Part shown: positions 62,088-64,000 of the stretch, piece after piece | How the letters are laid out: every line of letters begins with the position of its first letter | How positions within the stretch are numbered: the first letter of the stretch is position 1 | Source: Chiloscyllium plagiosum | Taxonomy: Eukaryota | Assembly (NCBI RefSeq): GCF_004010195.1 | Contig: NC_057736.1 | Location: 33,635,839 to 33,699,838, forward strand | Reading direction: 5' to 3' | Length of the DNA stretch: 64,000 nucleotides | Made by a program: the position numbers and the translations under genes | The notes under the pieces: generated by a model | What the model was told of the DNA's origin: nothing | Databases searched by the model: none | The model's input: only the letters and a program-made list of their open reading frames with translations

Positions 62088-64000
62088 AGAGTCATAGTAT
62101 CCCAAAGATATACAGCACGGAAACAGACTCTTCAGCCCAACTCATTTATGCCAAATACAAGTCCAATATAAGTCATTTGTCATCATTTAGCCCAAATCTC
62201 TCTAAACCCTTTGTATTCACATTCTTATCCAGATGCTGTTTAAATGATTCAATTTTACCAGCCTCCACCATTTCCTCTGGCATCTCATTCCATACATTCA
62301 GCACCCGCTGTGAGAAACAGTTGCCCCTCAGTCCTTTTTAAATTTCTCCCCTCTCATCTTAAACCTTTTCCCGCTGGCTTTGGACTCCCATATCCCCAGG
62401 AAATGACCTTGCCTATTCACCCTATCCATGCCCCTCACGATTTTATAAACCTCTATAAGATCGTTCCTGAGTCTCTGACACTCCAGAGAAAATAGCCCCA
62501 GCCTCTCCCTACAGCTTAAACCCTCCAAACATAGCAAAACACTAGTTAATCTTTTCTGAAACCTTTCAAGTTTGACAACATGCTTTCTCTAGGACGGAGA
62601 CTAGAATTGCAGTCAATACTGCAAAAATGGCCTAACCAATGCCCTGTCCAGCTGCAACATGACCTTCCAACTCCTGTACTCAATGCATTGACCAATAAAC
62701 GCAAGCACACCAAAGGCCTTCCCTCACTATCCTATCTACCCGGTGACTCCACTTTCAAGGAACTATGAACGTGCACTCCAAGGTCTCCTTGTTCAGCAAC
62801 ATTCCTCAGGAACTTATTAAGTATATAAGTCCTTCCCTGATTTGCCTTTCCAAAATGCAGCACCTCACATTTATCTAAATTTAATTCCATCTTCCACTCC
62901 TCGGCCCACTGACCCACCTGATCAAGACCGAGTTATACTCCGAGGTAACCTTCGTCGCTGTTCACTACACCTCCAATTTTGGTGTCAGCTGCAAACTTAC
63001 TAACTGTACCTCGTATGTTCACATCCAAATCCTTTACATAAATGATGAAAAGCAATGGACCCAGCATCAAACTGAGTGGCACACCACTGGTCACAGGCCT
63101 CCAGTCTGAAAAGCAACCCTCCTCCACTATCCTCTGACTTCTACCTTCCAGCCAGTTCTGTGTCCAAATGGCGAGATCTCCCTGCATTCCCTGTGATCTA
63201 ACCTTGCTAACAAGTCTACCAAGAGGAACCTTGTTCAATGCCTTATTGAAGTCCATACAGATCATGTCCACCACTCTGCCCTCATCAATGCTCTTCGTTA
63301 CTTCTTCAACAATTTCAATCAAGGTTGTAAGACATTATTTCCCATGCACAAAGCCATGTTGGCTATTCCTCATCAGTCCTTACCTTTCCAAATATTTGTA
63401 AATCCTATCCCTCAGGATTCCCTCCAACAAATTGTCCACCATCGATGCCAGGCTCACCGATTTTTAGTTCCTGGCTTTTCCTTCGCACCTTTCATTAATA
63501 GTGGCACCAAGTTAGCCAACTACCAGTCTTCCAGCACCTCACCCATGACTCTCAAGGATATAAATATCTCAGCAAGGGGCCCAGCAATCACTTTCCTCAT
63601 TTCCCATAAAGTTCTAGGGTACATCTGATCAGGTCTTGGGGATTTATCCACCTTTATGTGTTATCAGATATTCAGCACCTCCTCCTCTATAATATAGGCA
63701 TTTTTCAAGATGTCGCTACTTATTTTCTGACATTCTCAATCTTCCATATCTTTCTCCACAGTAAACACTGATGCAAAATACTTGTTTAGTATCTCCTTCC
63801 TCTCCTGCGGTTCCACACACAGTTGACCTTGCTGATCTTTGAGGGGACCTGTTCTCTCCCTAGTTACCCTTTTGATCTTTATGCATTTGTAGAATCCCTT
63901 TGGATTCTCCTTAACTTTATTTGCCAAAGCTACCTCAAGTCCCTTTTTTGCCATCATGATTTCCCTCTTAAGTATACTCCAACTCCCTTTATACTGTTCT
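62088..64000 (-). mobile_element. HER1/CR1 LINE running off the window end
   Basis: ORFs show KENPKGFY, MDFNKALNKVP, KFAADTK, DKCEVLHFG and LRNDLIEVYKI. Confidence 0.93.

Overview
A 64-kb eukaryotic window, almost certainly from a shark or other elasmobranch. The repeat content points that way: HE1-type V-SINEs, HER1/CR1 LINEs and Deu-domain SINEs. I recognise no intact host-gene exon and no intact protein-coding gene. The protein-like ORFs are broken fragments of CR1, Rex1/Babar, Gypsy, Penelope or Tx1 retroelements. The rest is AT-rich sequence, some of which looks enhancer-like. Four things stand out. (1) At 56471-57981 a solo LTR is split beside its TATA-box position by five poly(A)-tailed inserts, separated by six copies of a 12-bp target. 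Four inserts contain 3' ends of a Tx1-clade LINE, two of these also carry the same LTR site from their source locus, and the fifth is unrelated RNA-like sequence. This suggests a site-specific retrotransposon building a repeat-spacer record of captured RNAs. (2) About 16 minimal hammerhead-ribozyme cores sit in short Penelope-derived cassettes from four sequence families, many with 8-16-bp TSDs and inverted arms. (3) A triplicated module with Pbx-Hox/Meis-like motifs lies in an old local duplication at 39.6-44.1 kb. (4) A duplicated ~207-bp element with conserved hairpins lies at 59.7 and 60.8 kb. Family names come from motif recognition by eye, not database searches. Boundaries of old repeats are approximate.
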